Origin: Gemmatimonadales bacterium
GTDB lineage: Bacteria > Gemmatimonadota > Gemmatimonadetes > Gemmatimonadales > GWC2-71-9
Length of the DNA: 64,000 bases
Reading direction: 5' to 3'
Assembly: GCA_039794085.1 (NCBI GenBank)
Contig: JBDIWC010000009.1
Coordinates: 30,412-94,411 of the forward strand
Shown here piece by piece: positions 63,843 through 64,000 of the stretch. Position numbers and translations under genes: made by a program. Position 1 is the stretch's first letter, and every line of letters begins with the position of its first letter. The notes below the pieces were generated by a model, which worked only from the letters and a program-made list of their open reading frames with translations, searched no databases and was not told where the DNA came from.

Positions 63843-64000
63843 GTAGAGTAGACGCCAGGTTGCCCTGGCGCCACTCCTCAAACCGGACATGCGGATTTCC
63901 CGCATCCGGCTTTCCCGGCAGATTCTCCGGTGGGCTGTCGCGCGGAAACGGCGCTTCGCCTCCCGGAAGAGCTTCGATCTTCGCACGGGGAAGAGTGCAC
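63843..64000 (-). mobile_element. Group II intron 3' end (domains V and VI); continues beyond the window
   Basis: Minus strand AAGCCGGAUGCGGGAAAUCCGCAUGUCCGGUUU (DV, AGC triad, GAAA loop; 63880-63912), then GAGUGG-CGCCAGG-GCAA-CCUGGCG-UCUACUCUAC (DVI, branch A 7 nt from the end, terminal AC). Confidence 0.88.

Noticed and set aside
63729..63986. 85-aa ORF on the minus strand
   Set aside because: Reads through intron domains V and VI and a repeat element; not a credible independent gene.

Overview
GC-rich bacterial chromosomal window, mostly housekeeping and nutrient-acquisition genes. The gene content (SusC/SusD pairs, GWxTD, DUF5916, DUF4097, PIG-L/NEW3, three GH57s) suggests Gemmatimonadota; this is an inference. 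In order: a PIG-L/ABC/MFS operon, acnA, a sigma70 factor, pnt transhydrogenase genes, thrBC, a peroxiredoxin, ettA, a glgP-glgA-3xGH57 cluster, a GWxTD protein, aguBA, an amidase, SusCD pair 1, hutUI, an ECF sigma/anti-sigma with two DUF4097 genes, DUF5916, SusCD pair 2, an M14 peptidase, an orphan IS3-type OrfA, 2-oxoacid:acceptor oxidoreductase alpha/beta, a RES-Xre toxin-antitoxin pair and the 3' end of a group II intron. Main signals missed by the ORF track: (1) both susCD operons share one upstream design, a sigma54 -24/-12 promoter plus two 15-bp GTGTC-N5-GACAC-type palindromes spaced 35 bp apart; (2) an exported peroxiredoxin with in-frame UGA at the catalytic position and a SECIS-like hairpin; (3) a 118-bp tandem REP-containing array; (4) a dispersed ~65-bp element with periodic flanks; (5) a perfect Rex-type box upstream of aguBA; (6) group II intron domains V and VI at the window end. 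Family assignments come from motif recognition by eye; no database searches were run.
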